Assembly: GCA_029260955.1 (NCBI GenBank)
Contig: JAJDCF010000007.1
Span: 1-62,212, forward strand
Source: Patescibacteria group bacterium
Lineage (GTDB): Bacteria > Patescibacteriota > Gracilibacteria > UM-FILTER-43-11
DNA length: 62,212 nucleotides
Direction: 5' to 3'
Of this stretch, positions 29,934 through 40,600 are shown one piece after another; the first letter of the stretch is position 1; every line of letters begins with the position of its first letter. The position numbers were made by a program, and so were the translations under genes. The notes under the pieces were generated by a model. That model was not told where the DNA came from, made no database searches, and saw nothing but the letters and a program-made list of their open reading frames with translations.

Positions 29934-30683
29934 ATGTCACTGCACGCTGAAACATCGGAACAGTTGAATGAACAATCAAAAGAGCGTGTTCAGGAATTCA
30001 TGCAAAAGCGTGAACTTGTGTCCCCTGATGCGTATCGTGAGATGATGAAGCGTACAATGACGCGTACTGGTTGCATTCCCTGGCTTGTGAGCTGTAGCCA
30101 AGGACGTTTGCATTTGTACAAAAAAGGTTATCCGCTTATTGTTGATAAAATATTGGTTTATGATGGCATAGAACCCCTCCATCCCTTTAGGGAAGATCTT
30201 TATGAATTACATGCTTTAGAGGAAGCAGTGCGCCTTGCTTATTTGGCTGGTAATGTTTTCGGTCCAGATAGTTTTTATCAAGATTTTGGCCCAAGAAATA
30301 AAGTGGAGAAAATGCATGAGATTGTCACTAACATTCGCTTGAGTATTGTACAACCTGTTGGAAAAGATATTAAAATGGTTCCTATTTTTGGTGCTACCAA
30401 ACAGCAACTTGTTGATACTATTGGTAGTCCTGAAGATCAAATAAAAAATGACCTGATTGATCCGGAGTGGAAGTTTTATGAGGGGCGACGAGCTGCTTTG
30501 CGAAGTGCTTTTGAAGAGGCAAAACGAAAAGAAAGGGAGGAAGGGAAAAGAGGGCTAGCTGGTCAATATGCAAAATCCAATATGGAAATGGCCGGTCTTT
30601 ATATGCAAGCATTGAATCCAGTTGCTGGAAGTATTGAGTTAAATGAAATGCTTCGCTTGTATAATGGTAGCTCTTCTGATTAG
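29934..30683 (+). CDS. Hypothetical protein
   Basis: 249-aa ORF 6 nt after murJ. Confidence 0.6.
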   Translation: MSLHAETSEQLNEQSKERVQEFMQKRELVSPDAYREMMKRTMTRTGCIPWLVSCSQGRLHLYKKGYPLIVDKILVYDGIEPLHPFREDLYELHALEEAVRLAYLAGNVFGPDSFYQDFGPRNKVEKMHEIVTNIRLSIVQPVGKDIKMVPIFGATKQQLVDTIGSPEDQIKNDLIDPEWKFYEGRRAALRSAFEEAKRKEREEGKRGLAGQYAKSNMEMAGLYMQALNPVAGSIELNEMLRLYNGSSSD

Positions 30684-30703
30684 ACGTGAGGATTTGGAAA
30701 GGG

Positions 30704-32044
30704 TTAAGTCAGGCTATTTGTAATTTCCTTAAAATGCTTCCCACGTTCTTTGGCATTTTTAAACATGTCAAAGCTGGCGCAGGCAGGGGATAGCACAATG
30801 TTGTCTCCGGGTTGGGCCATTTGGTGAGCACGAATGATGATCTCTGGGAAGTCGGCAGACTCGTCTAGGGCCATGATGGAATAATTGGGATCTTCAGCTT
30901 TAATGGCTTCTTCAATACGAGGGCCTTCTTTTCCGTACAGGTAGACTCGGACTCGGTTTTCTACAATATGGTGAGCCAAGAAGGAGAAATCGGAATCTTT
31001 TGAGCTACCACCGAGAAGTAAGATTAGTTTGCCTTCTGGGAATTGGTTGATGGCGACCTTGGCTGACTCCGGAGTGGTGCAAGCTGAGTCGTTGTAAAAC
31101 TTTACGCCCTCAACTTCCTTCACAAATTCAAGTCGATGCTCTGCACCCTTAAATTCTGATAGCTCCTTTTTGATCAGGGTGGGATCGACTTTATGAATAA
31201 GGCTTACGGCGATGGCGCATAAAATGTTATCTGGATGAGTTTTGAGAGTGAGGTCGTCTTTGCTTAGAATCTTCATCTCTTTGCCCTCAAATTGAGCGAT
31301 CAGATCTTTGCTTTCCCAGGTAGCCCAATCATGACCACCTTTTTTGCCAAGCCAGAAGATTTTGCTGGGTGTTTTGCTGCCAAGTTTTGCACTGCTTTCA
31401 TCGTTTGCATTCAAAATACACCAATCAGTATGGCTTTGATGAGCGATGAGATTCGTTTTTGCATGGGCATAGTCTTCCAGATTCTCATGCCAGTCCAAAT
31501 GATTAGGAGTTATGTTTAGGACTGCAGAAATATGTGGAGATTGTTGGATGTCTGCGAACTGAAAGCTCGAAACCTCCATCAAAATCGGCTCATCTGAGCG
31601 CTTGATGGCCTCTTGCAATACCGGCTTTCTGTCGTTGCCCCCTACGATTATCTTGTCCTTGTAGTGAGCTTTCAGGATCTTTTCCAGCATAGCTACAGTG
31701 GTTGTTTTCCCATTGCTCCCCGTAATGGCCGTAATTCTGTCCTCGGCAACCTCTAGGGTTAGCTCGGTCATCGAGGTGATTGTTGATCCTGATTCCTTGG
31801 CCTGTTTGATTCCTGGTAAATCATAATGAACTCCAGGACTTCGGATGATGGTTTTGAATTCAGTAAGATTTACGAAGGCATTTTCACCAAGTTGGGATTT
31901 TATTTCACCTGGTAGCTCGACTGATTCTTTTTCATCACAAATAGTGATGTCAGAAATATTCTGGGCTTGCAGGAAATCTAAAGCAGCTTGCCCTTCCACG
32001 CCAAAACCGAGGATGGCAACTGGTGTTTTTATTTGAATCTTCAT
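30704..32044 (-). CDS. murD: UDP-N-acetylmuramoyl-L-alanine--D-glutamate ligase
   Basis: RSPG, ITGSNGKTTT, EVSSFQ, NHLDWH, EHRLE, LSPACASFDMF. Confidence 0.96.
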   Translation of the reverse strand: MKIQIKTPVAILGFGVEGQAALDFLQAQNISDITICDEKESVELPGEIKSQLGENAFVNLTEFKTIIRSPGVHYDLPGIKQAKESGSTITSMTELTLEVAEDRITAITGSNGKTTTVAMLEKILKAHYKDKIIVGGNDRKPVLQEAIKRSDEPILMEVSSFQFADIQQSPHISAVLNITPNHLDWHENLEDYAHAKTNLIAHQSHTDWCILNANDESSAKLGSKTPSKIFWLGKKGGHDWATWESKDLIAQFEGKEMKILSKDDLTLKTHPDNILCAIAVSLIHKVDPTLIKKELSEFKGAEHRLEFVKEVEGVKFYNDSACTTPESAKVAINQFPEGKLILLLGGSSKDSDFSFLAHHIVENRVRVYLYGKEGPRIEEAIKAEDPNYSIMALDESADFPEIIIRAHQMAQPGDNIVLSPACASFDMFKNAKERGKHFKEITNSLT

Positions 32045-32121
32045 GGGGGAATTATAACCTAAATAATATGTGATTACGACATAAATAGGATTTAGTTAAA
32101 TATAATAAAGTATAATGAACA

Positions 32122-32151
32122 TTGACAAGACTAGTTACCTTTAACTAGACT
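32122..32151 (+). promoter_or_regulatory. Putative promoter with palindromic operator
   Basis: TTGACA-18-TAGACT; CTAGTTA-CCTT-TAACTAG (32131-32148) overlaps the spacer and -10. Confidence 0.5.
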
Positions 32152-32160
32152 GTGCTCAAG

Positions 32161-32284
32161 TTAAAAAGATTTAATTTAGTTAAAAAAGAGTTAATTAAAT
32201 TAAACAAAAGCTAACAAAAGTTAATTAAAATAAATTAATATAAAAAGAACTTAATTAAATTGAAATAAGTTAATTTAAATTAAG
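32161..32284. repeat. AT-rich tract with ~10-bp phased TTAA motifs
   Basis: TTAA at 32161, 32171, 32180, 32191, 32200, 32221, 32251, 32270, 32280; TTAATTAAA at 32191, 32221, 32251. Confidence 0.7.
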
Positions 32285-32307
32285 TCACTTTTAATACAAA
32301 AATAAAA

Positions 32308-32487
32308 ATGCCCGTGGTTGATCGACTTTACACCACTGAACAAGTTGCCAAACTCCTCCAAATCCATCCCCTTACTGTATTAAAGTACATTAATTCAGGT
32401 AAGCTGCGAGCCGTTAAATTAGGCCGAGTTTATCGTGTTACAGAGACAGGTCTCCAAAAATTCTTGGAAGATGGGATGACTAGTTAA
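32308..32487 (+). CDS. Excisionase/BldC-like HTH_17 DNA-binding protein (59 aa, missing from ORF track)
   Basis: MPVVDRLYTTEQVAKLLQIHPLTVLKYINSGKLRAVKLGRVYRVTETGLQKFLEDGMTS. Confidence 0.88.
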   Translation: MPVVDRLYTTEQVAKLLQIHPLTVLKYINSGKLRAVKLGRVYRVTETGLQKFLEDGMTS

Positions 32488-32529
32488 ATTTTCAACATAA
32501 AGTTGGAAAATAAAACAAAAATATGTAGG

Positions 32530-32562
32530 AATACCCTAGACATATCGCTCGCTAGGGTATTT
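32530..32562. terminator. Hairpin between convergent genes (probable terminator)
   Basis: AATACCCTAG...CTAGGGTATT. Confidence 0.55.
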
Positions 32563-32572
32563 CTGCTGCCTT

Positions 32573-34036
32573 TTATTTTTTAGGTTTATTTTGGCATTGT
32601 CTGGCAGAAAGCGCTGCAACTTCGCGGGTCAAAGTTGGAATGCTCTCGCCCGCATCTTCGTGAACATCTTCATAGCCTCGTTTGATTTGCGAGTTCATAT
32701 CCCATAGAAGGTCTCCCATAAAATAAACACCGTTCTCCGCTACACTATCCATCGTAATGCTGTAAATAAAGGCGGTCTCTACTTCTTTCTTAGCTTTGGC
32801 ATTTTCTTCTATAAGCTCTATTTGGTTGTGTAGAAAATGCGTTACAGAAAAGCTTTGATCTCTATTGCGGAAGCGATCACAGCGAACATCACCTTGTTCT
32901 GGCTCTTTACCTTCCTTACATCTTCTATACATGTCGCTTTCCACAGGGATTTTGCAATTTCTAAATTCACCTTCTTTTCCCTTTTCAGGATCAAAAAGTA
33001 TACACTCTTTTTCCACTTGGTCTTGAAACTTTTCCACATTTTCTAATTTATCACTATTGGCATAGTCAATAATAGCCGTGACCGGACCCACCATATTTTT
33101 GGCGATTTCTAGCTGTGTTTTTACACTGCCTACAAACTTGTCCCAGCCACCACCTTTAACCAGGCTTTCTGTGCTGCCACCTTCCTCGCCACCTATGGTA
33201 AGTGAGATCTGATTGTCTCGAATCCACTCTCTTGCTCTTATGCGGGCGTTGGCTTCGGCCATGGTCCATATGTCACCCCATTCCACTCCTTGGCCTGAAC
33301 CGAGCACTTTTAGAACTTCAAAGCTGCGAAGAACTTGATCGAAGGCTGCTTCGAATTCGCCTTCCGGACAACCTGTAGGGTCAGATGAGTCAAAAATACC
33401 TACGTTTGAATAATAATTAAGAGGATTCGGGCCTTGAGGCTTTTCGCCAAAAAAGTAATTGTTAGAACTATATTCACCTTCGGTGGTTTGAATCATTGCT
33501 GTCGGGTCTGAGCCATATTTGCGCAATAAATCCAGGTGAACACTCAGATAAATGTAGTCCACCATTAATATTTCTCCGTGGTAGGTATCGCGCAGCATAT
33601 AGGCTTTTACCATCTCTGATCCCACAAAGTCCCTAAGAGTTTCCAGGTTCCATATTTCGTCTCTCAGACAATTGCTTAGCCACTCTCCATTAGTCGCGTT
33701 GAAGTTGAAGATCATCATGATTGAATCGAGGGGGAATAGGGTGAAGAAATTGATAGTAGTATTGAAAATAAGATCTTGAGCGACTCTGGCATCGCCGGAT
33801 ATTCCGGTTTCCCTGCCTTCATCTCGCTTAGCTTTGTCGAAGGCTTTAAAGTTCTCAATCTCTTCCAAAATAGTTTTCGAACCATTCTGCGCCTGCGAAC
33901 TTTGTACGTGCTCCTTAATAATTGATACTGTCTGTGACAGCCTTGGTGAATAAAGTGCGTGCACGTTGCTTGCCTGGACGGTGAGTCCAATCAGAAGGGT
34001 CATGCCAATGATGAGGTGCTTTAATTTTTTGGGCAT
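32573..34036 (-). CDS. Secreted Cys-containing hypothetical protein (giant-protein operon gene 5)
   Basis: Signal peptide; start overlaps upstream stop; helical; terminal QCQN. Confidence 0.8.
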   Translation of the reverse strand: MPKKLKHLIIGMTLLIGLTVQASNVHALYSPRLSQTVSIIKEHVQSSQAQNGSKTILEEIENFKAFDKAKRDEGRETGISGDARVAQDLIFNTTINFFTLFPLDSIMMIFNFNATNGEWLSNCLRDEIWNLETLRDFVGSEMVKAYMLRDTYHGEILMVDYIYLSVHLDLLRKYGSDPTAMIQTTEGEYSSNNYFFGEKPQGPNPLNYYSNVGIFDSSDPTGCPEGEFEAAFDQVLRSFEVLKVLGSGQGVEWGDIWTMAEANARIRAREWIRDNQISLTIGGEEGGSTESLVKGGGWDKFVGSVKTQLEIAKNMVGPVTAIIDYANSDKLENVEKFQDQVEKECILFDPEKGKEGEFRNCKIPVESDMYRRCKEGKEPEQGDVRCDRFRNRDQSFSVTHFLHNQIELIEENAKAKKEVETAFIYSITMDSVAENGVYFMGDLLWDMNSQIKRGYEDVHEDAGESIPTLTREVAALSARQCQNKPKK

Positions 34037-35976
34037 TGTTCTTTTGTGTCTAGGCTAGTTTCGAAAACCATTTGTTCAAATTTTGATTCTATTCTTTCAA
34101 AACTCCCTTTCATCTGTAAAAGCAGTGGATTTATTCTACCGCCGACTTCTTGATCGCTAATAACTTCATTGGTCAATTGAGATACGTAGGTGTCTCTCAG
34201 AGTTTTATCCAATGATGCCTCACTTTGTTTTGCTGTGTCGCTGAGTGACTGCCAGGTAGTCTTAGATTTTTCTTGGCTGGTTGTAACTGGTGCTGCCTTA
34301 TTTTCGGAAGCTGCCTTACTTTGATTGGCTTTACCTACACTGTTTTGGGCTGTTCCAGTGTACTTATATTTTAACTTACTTTTGGTAGCAGTATTCAGAT
34401 TAAATGAGAAGTTGACGCCATAAGGACTGCTGGTGCTGAAAGACGAAGTGGTATTTTTCAGAGGTGTTACGTTGGTTTCTAGGGCACCTTCAACTGCATC
34501 TACCATGGCTGTAATGTGACAGTCCACACAGCCTTCATCTTCAGTATAAGTTGATTGAGGACGGTTCTCTTTTTTTATGTTGACGCAAAATAGGGCTTGG
34601 ATAGCAGGTGCGATTTCCGCAACAGCTTCATCCTCTATCCAACCTTCACCAAACAAGAAGTCTTGAGCATCCTTGAAATCTGCACAAAATTCAGTTGGTA
34701 GGCATTGAGGAATATCATATTGTTCGCCAGCTATATTTATTCCTAATGTTTCCTCACCCTTAGCTGTGGCGGAAGCTCCCCCCTCGGTTGCACTGGCATT
34801 AAAAAACCCTGTTGGACATGGTGGTTTGTTGCTTGCTGGGAATTGCTTCATTGTACCCCCTAAAAATGGACCTGGATATTCGGGGCTTTGTGGAGCTTCT
34901 TGTGGTGGTCCGGCTTCTTCACCCTCAAAACCTGTTCCACTTTTTGGGAACATTCCCTCTGGACATTCGTTGGCACTGCCATCATCGTTTTCATCGTCAG
35001 TGCCTGCATTGTCTTTGGGTTTTTTAAAGGTGACTGCTTCTGGGTCCATACATTGGTCACTCGAGCCACTGGCTTCCGTTTGGCAGTATTGGTTACAACC
35101 GTCGCCTGACTGATCATTTCCGTCGTCACACTGTTCGGCCACCAAAATATCGATTACTCCATTTCCACAAAGCGTATTTTCATAACCACTGCCTGGTCCA
35201 TCTCCAAGATCAGCATCTGGGTCATCTGGTAAAACGCAGTCTGGCGGTAATCCTCCTTCACCTGACTTGGTCACTGCTATGCCTGGATCTTCAGTGTCTT
35301 CAAAGCCTTCATCTGTTGTTTCCTCATCTTCTTCATCGGGCAATAGTTCGTCGAGTGGGGTATCACCCTCTTCTCCATCAGCCGCTTCTTCTTTCTTGGC
35401 AGGAAAAGAATAAACTTCGTCCATCCATGTTGCTTGAGAGCCAAAAAGAACGATCTCAATCAAGTTTAGATCCACTATTAAATCAAAAGGGGCATCAGGC
35501 AATATGGTTTTAATCTCTCCATCCCAATATTGTTCAGAGACTTTGAACTTAAAGGCAAGACTGGCACTTTTTTGCTGAATCTTTTTTTCTTTGTTGTAAG
35601 CATTTCGAATGTTTTCAAATACATCCCAGTTTCGCAAGGTTTCTCCTACCGAGCTTCCAGCAGGCAAGCATGCATCTTGTATGGATTGTGGTAGCTTAGC
35701 TCTTTCACTATCACTGTACTCCACAATTGATTCACAAATGTTGTCGGCCAGAACTTCCTTAATCTGATCTCCGCTCATGCCAAATTGAGTAGCTAAAATT
35801 TCCACAATTTCTTTGTCAGCAGTTTCATTGTCAAATATCCGAATGTTACAATAGATGTTTTCGTAGTGAGTATCTGTATTATTCTGATTGCACACGTTTG
35901 CTTGGGCATCATGATTTGGCAGTATGATGGCTGCAATTATCAGAACTCCTGTGATGAAGCGTTTACAATTCTTCAT
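34021..35976 (-). CDS. Secreted Cys-rich protein with Myxococcus-type Cys-rich repeat (DUF4215-like) (operon gene 4)
   Basis: Signal peptide; CGNGVID...EQCDDGNDQSGDGCNQYCQTE; acidic linkers; CVDCH. Confidence 0.8.
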   Translation of the reverse strand: MKNCKRFITGVLIIAAIILPNHDAQANVCNQNNTDTHYENIYCNIRIFDNETADKEIVEILATQFGMSGDQIKEVLADNICESIVEYSDSERAKLPQSIQDACLPAGSSVGETLRNWDVFENIRNAYNKEKKIQQKSASLAFKFKVSEQYWDGEIKTILPDAPFDLIVDLNLIEIVLFGSQATWMDEVYSFPAKKEEAADGEEGDTPLDELLPDEEDEETTDEGFEDTEDPGIAVTKSGEGGLPPDCVLPDDPDADLGDGPGSGYENTLCGNGVIDILVAEQCDDGNDQSGDGCNQYCQTEASGSSDQCMDPEAVTFKKPKDNAGTDDENDDGSANECPEGMFPKSGTGFEGEEAGPPQEAPQSPEYPGPFLGGTMKQFPASNKPPCPTGFFNASATEGGASATAKGEETLGINIAGEQYDIPQCLPTEFCADFKDAQDFLFGEGWIEDEAVAEIAPAIQALFCVNIKKENRPQSTYTEDEGCVDCHITAMVDAVEGALETNVTPLKNTTSSFSTSSPYGVNFSFNLNTATKSKLKYKYTGTAQNSVGKANQSKAASENKAAPVTTSQEKSKTTWQSLSDTAKQSEASLDKTLRDTYVSQLTNEVISDQEVGGRINPLLLQMKGSFERIESKFEQMVFETSLDTKEQCPKN

Positions 35977-35984
35977 TGTTGTTA

Positions 35985-36788
35985 TTAGCTGATGCTGGCA
36001 TCTTCCAGCTGAATCGGAAGTGGTTCAATGACATTTCTTAGGTTTTCCAAAGCTCTTCTGTATTGATCCAGAAATTTGAGGGTGCATTGAAAATGAACAT
36101 GCATCACAAAGGCCAGTCGTAGTTCTTTTAATGAGTGGAACATCAAATCGATGGCCATAAGTGAGCTATCGATTTCCATTTGTCGTTGTCTTTCTATGGT
36201 ACTTGCACTTTTAGCTGTCAGTAATTGTATGCCAGTGAGAGGTTCACCTTTTTCATTAGTTATGGTACTTGCTAAATAAAAATCTTTGCCTATTTCGTTT
36301 AGATTTTCTTTGTAGGCATTATGAGCATCCAAAATAGGTTTAAGCATTTGGCTGGGTTCAGTGTTTTGAATAATCTCTTTCAGTTCTTCATTTGTCAGAC
36401 ATGCCTGGTCAGACGCCATCCAGTCAATTGCACTTCCAAGAACTGGAACAGCACTTAGGCTAGTTAGATTCGCGGCCATGCTTCCTCCGCTGTCTGCACC
36501 ATCACTTTTCATTATCTCTTTTTCAGCAAAATCAAATATGCACCCCACATAATCATGATGGGCTTCTTGCATTTCTTCGAAGGCTATTTTGTAGTCACTC
36601 TGGTCTTTGGGGTCAGCCTTTCCCCAGGCTTCCAGTTCATACGCTTTGTCGAGTATTTTCTTTTTAGCTTTGCAGGCAATTTCTGGTTTAGTTAGGGCTG
36701 CTTCTTGGGCGTAGCTTATTGGTGCACCAGCATTTGATACTAAAGAGAGAATAATTGTTAGGCCAATGATTTTTTTGGTGTATTTCAT
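35985..36788 (-). CDS. Secreted helical hypothetical protein (operon gene 3)
   Basis: Signal peptide from MKYTKK (36788); 4 Cys; helical C-terminus. Confidence 0.8.
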   Translation of the reverse strand: MKYTKKIIGLTIILSLVSNAGAPISYAQEAALTKPEIACKAKKKILDKAYELEAWGKADPKDQSDYKIAFEEMQEAHHDYVGCIFDFAEKEIMKSDGADSGGSMAANLTSLSAVPVLGSAIDWMASDQACLTNEELKEIIQNTEPSQMLKPILDAHNAYKENLNEIGKDFYLASTITNEKGEPLTGIQLLTAKSASTIERQRQMEIDSSLMAIDLMFHSLKELRLAFVMHVHFQCTLKFLDQYRRALENLRNVIEPLPIQLEDASIS

Positions 36789-36792
36789 ATTT

Positions 36793-37659
36793 TTAATCAC
36801 ATTTAGCTGCATAACACGAGAATCGGCTATCTAGTTTGTTCAAAAAGCCTTGTAAATATCCGACATGTTCTTCCATAACACTCAGCTTGGTAACAATAGT
36901 TGCTAATTTCCTCTCCATGGCACTTGCCTTTTGGTCGGCGTGGGATTTTTTTAATACGTTTTCTAAAGTAACAAAGGCATTTGAAGTTTCCGGGCAAATT
37001 CCATCGTTGGCTTCGGCAACTTCTGCGGGGCAGCCAAACTGCTTTTCTAAGGCGATTTTACAGCCGCTATAATTTGATCTGGCCTGCACTACGTTTGGAA
37101 ATTCATTGTCGTTGGAACCCGTCATACATCGTGGGAAGTAATTGATCTTATTATCAACGAATGCTTTGTCGATTGTATCCGCAGCAACACCAACGACTGG
37201 AATTTCTTTAAAAGTTTGTATGAGTAGGTTGTATTCACTTTCCATTCTTAGATCTTCCGGAGCTTGGCAACCGGGTACAGTTCCCAAATGCTCACTGCGC
37301 AGGCCTGTTCCATAGGCGCTTTCGATGGGCGCATGACCGCTGAATTCAACTGCGCGACATATGTACTCCAGCCAACAGTTATAGGTTCTTAGACTTTCAT
37401 ATCCTTCACCTACCATTTCGCTGGCAGGTTTTTCCTGGTCAATAAGGTTCTGTAAACTGTTTTGCCAATCTTTATTGGCGGCGTCTAATGCTCCATTATA
37501 GTCAATGCAACATGCGTTGCTTGTCCCAACTTCATCTTTACATGCTTGTGCGTATTTTGAGGGCTCGGGTTCTTGTGAATGGGTGGCAATATCCCAGCTC
37601 AGAACGCCATATCCTATGCACAAAATAATGGCCGCTAATGTGATGTAAGATTTTTTCAT
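36793..37659 (-). CDS. Secreted Cys-rich hypothetical protein (operon gene 2)
   Basis: Signal peptide; >10 Cys; C-terminal coiled coil and CYAAKCD. Confidence 0.8.
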   Translation of the reverse strand: MKKSYITLAAIILCIGYGVLSWDIATHSQEPEPSKYAQACKDEVGTSNACCIDYNGALDAANKDWQNSLQNLIDQEKPASEMVGEGYESLRTYNCWLEYICRAVEFSGHAPIESAYGTGLRSEHLGTVPGCQAPEDLRMESEYNLLIQTFKEIPVVGVAADTIDKAFVDNKINYFPRCMTGSNDNEFPNVVQARSNYSGCKIALEKQFGCPAEVAEANDGICPETSNAFVTLENVLKKSHADQKASAMERKLATIVTKLSVMEEHVGYLQGFLNKLDSRFSCYAAKCD

Positions 37660-37661
37660 GT

Positions 37662-40600
37662 TTATTTGCTAAATATTACTTCTGTACTTTCACTTAACAA
37701 TATCTCGTGTGTTTCCAAGTCTGTAATGGCCGTCATAAAGCGATCTTCAGCCATAAATCCTGTCGTAAAGTCAACAAAGCCACATAACTCTCCTGGGCCC
37801 ACATAAACCCCAGGATCTTTTGCTGGGAAGTTATCGTTTAATTCAGGGCATCCATCTTCATCATCCACTCCATCAATGTCTTCCGGAATAGTTGGGCACA
37901 AGTCGGTGGCTTCACAAGCACTCGCAACTTGATCAGAGTTGGCTACAAAAATACAATTATCAATTTCAACAATTTCCACACCTTCAGCACCTTCTGCACT
38001 TTCAACTGCTAGTTTGGATGGATCAAGTAAGCCACTTTCATCAAAAATACAAATTGGATTGAGGATTCCATCACTATCTATGTCATCGTCACATACATCT
38101 CGAATACCATCCTCATCTGTGTCGTTCATGTTGGGGTTATCGCTACATTCACAGAGTTCAATTGGTTCAATTGGTAGAATCGGCTCTTCTTCACAAATAT
38201 TTCCGATGGTATTGGTATCGAAGTCTACCTGATCTTCATTCGGATCAAATATGCAATTATCTAATGGTGACCCTAAAGTAAGAACTCCTTCGGCCAGTTT
38301 TTTGGGGTCGATTTCACCTGTGTCGGTAAATATACAAAGTGGGTTCAGTACGCCGTCGTTATCGATGTCCAGGTCACAGACGTCCTTCTTCCCATCACCG
38401 TCCGTGTCCAATGTCCACGGGCTGTCGTAGCATGGACAAGCCCGATCAGCATCGGGTGTAAATATATCCATGTCATGGGTCATTTCCCACCAGTCGGGCA
38501 CTCCATCGTCATCGGTATCTACAATACGACATTCACTCAGATCTTTGACTCCGGCAGCCATAAATGCGAATTCGCCGCGAGTAATTTCTACATCTGGGCC
38601 AACCACACCAAAATTTGATTGAATCAGTCCAATTTCTACCGCTGTGTAAACATAGTCCACGTACCAGGCGTATTCAGGCACATCTACAAAGGCATTCTCA
38701 GGAGCTTCCACTATCTCGATGCCTGATTGTCTCAGCAGAACGGCTGCGGCCTCTGCGCGGCTAATGTTGCGTTCTGGGCGGAAGAATCCGTCACCATAAC
38801 CGGTGATCATGCCCAGTTCTTTGGCTATCGAAATACAGTAGAAGTACCACGATGGCAAGCTGACATCAGGGAACGGATTACTGGTGTATTTTTCTTTAAC
38901 GGCGGCATTTGGAGTGGTACAGTCCACACAATTTGTTACTCCAAGGGCAATCTTTATGAATTCGGCGCGAGTTAGTTTTTGATCTGGTTTAAAGCTGCCA
39001 TCACCGTATCCACTGATCACCCGGCTCTTGTACAATTCTAATATTTGGCTGAAGAAAGGATGGCTTTCATCAACATCGGGGAATGGATTTCCCTCAACTT
39101 CACGTGGTTCTTCTATTTCGAATTGGAACCCTGGAACAGGTGTAGTGTCTATTTCGGTAGATGTTTCTGGGGTAGATTGTGCAAAGGCTGTATCTACTGG
39201 CTTCAGGAATCCAATTTGCGTATTCAAGCTGTCCATGTCGGTGGAATTATCCACCTGGAGATTGTCAAAATTCGCCTGAATAAATATGTCATAAATAGGG
39301 CTGCCACCACTCGTTACGATTTGGAATATGTATTTTCCATCCCCCGACGTTTTGTTCTTAATTCTTAATTCGTAACCAGCTTTCATCATGCGAATCGTGC
39401 CATCTTTGTCTACCAAGGCTACATTTTCCTGAGCTCCGTCTTCAAAAATTGCCACACCGCCTGGGAAGCTAGGTCCATTTACTGGAATTACAGCGGCTAC
39501 AACGTCATCACTGGCATTTGCATCACCTACAGTTACTCCACTACTTTCCACATTGCTCAAGGTGAGTGATGAGTCTTTGATGGTGACATTGTTGGTTGTG
39601 TCGGCGATGTAATAAACGTTACCTAAAAGTTCTTCAGTCTCTCTCTTTATGATTGCAATATGTGTAGGGTATTCTGTGCCACCTGGTACAGCTTTAATAT
39701 CAAAGCTAGGGTCATTCAGATTAATCAGCCCGCTGTCTGGCTCCACTTCTGCCACTACATTCCCTTCATGGTCTTTCAGAAGAATTGGACTTGGGTCTAA
39801 AAGCTCAAAGCCTTCAATGTTATATGAACCGTCTGAGGCGACGGAAAAGTAATGCTGCTCAGTGTCCAGGGCAGGGCTGGTTGCGGTTTTGTCGGTGTCT
39901 TCTGCGCGCAAAATACCGATGTTCTTCCAGGTGCCAAGTCTCTTTCTGAATACACTGAATGGAATATCAGAAAGATCATCACCTGCTGCTCGCTGAATAG
40001 GCTCCATATCGCCCGCAATAATACCTTCGCCTAACTGTTCAGGGTCTAGATTAATGGTTGGTATATAAACTATTACCGTAAAGGTTTTTTCGAAGGTTTC
40101 AAAACTGTTGTCTTCAATATTTTGTGTGGCAACTAGCTTTACTTTGAACTTCTTTTCCTCGTTCTGTCCGGCTATGTTTAACGTATTACCGACCTCTGGA
40201 GTCAGAGTGTTGGTTTCGGGATTAAGGAACCAGTAGTAATTATAATCACCTGCCAGATCTACAAAAATCTCACTGGCTCTAATCTCCTTGTCCTTGAAGA
40301 TTGGCATGTAGTATGTGTCTGTTTGGCTCACGTCGATTGGATCGGCAGAACTTGCGTATATTTGCGGTGCCAGTATTTCATTTTGGTTGTAACTTGCTAT
40401 ATTCGCATACTGGTCAAACCATGTCATTTTTATTTGGTAGTAACCATTCTCCATACTCATGTTGTACGAAGATCCTGTTAGTTGGTCGAAATAAACAGCC
40501 TTATTTTCACTGACGTTAATCAGGGCGTTACTGACGGTGGGGAATCTTACTTCACTCACACCTGTCACAATGTTTCTTGGAGAAACGCCAAATTTCTTGG

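Noticed and set aside
32050..32300. Replication origin in the AT-rich tract
   Set aside because: No DnaA boxes (TTATCCACA) seen and no dnaA/dnaN nearby
34500..34540. c-type heme motif CVDCH in the 651-aa protein
   Set aside because: Single CxxCH in a Cys-rich secreted protein with no cytochrome context; more likely a disulfide or metal site, though not excluded
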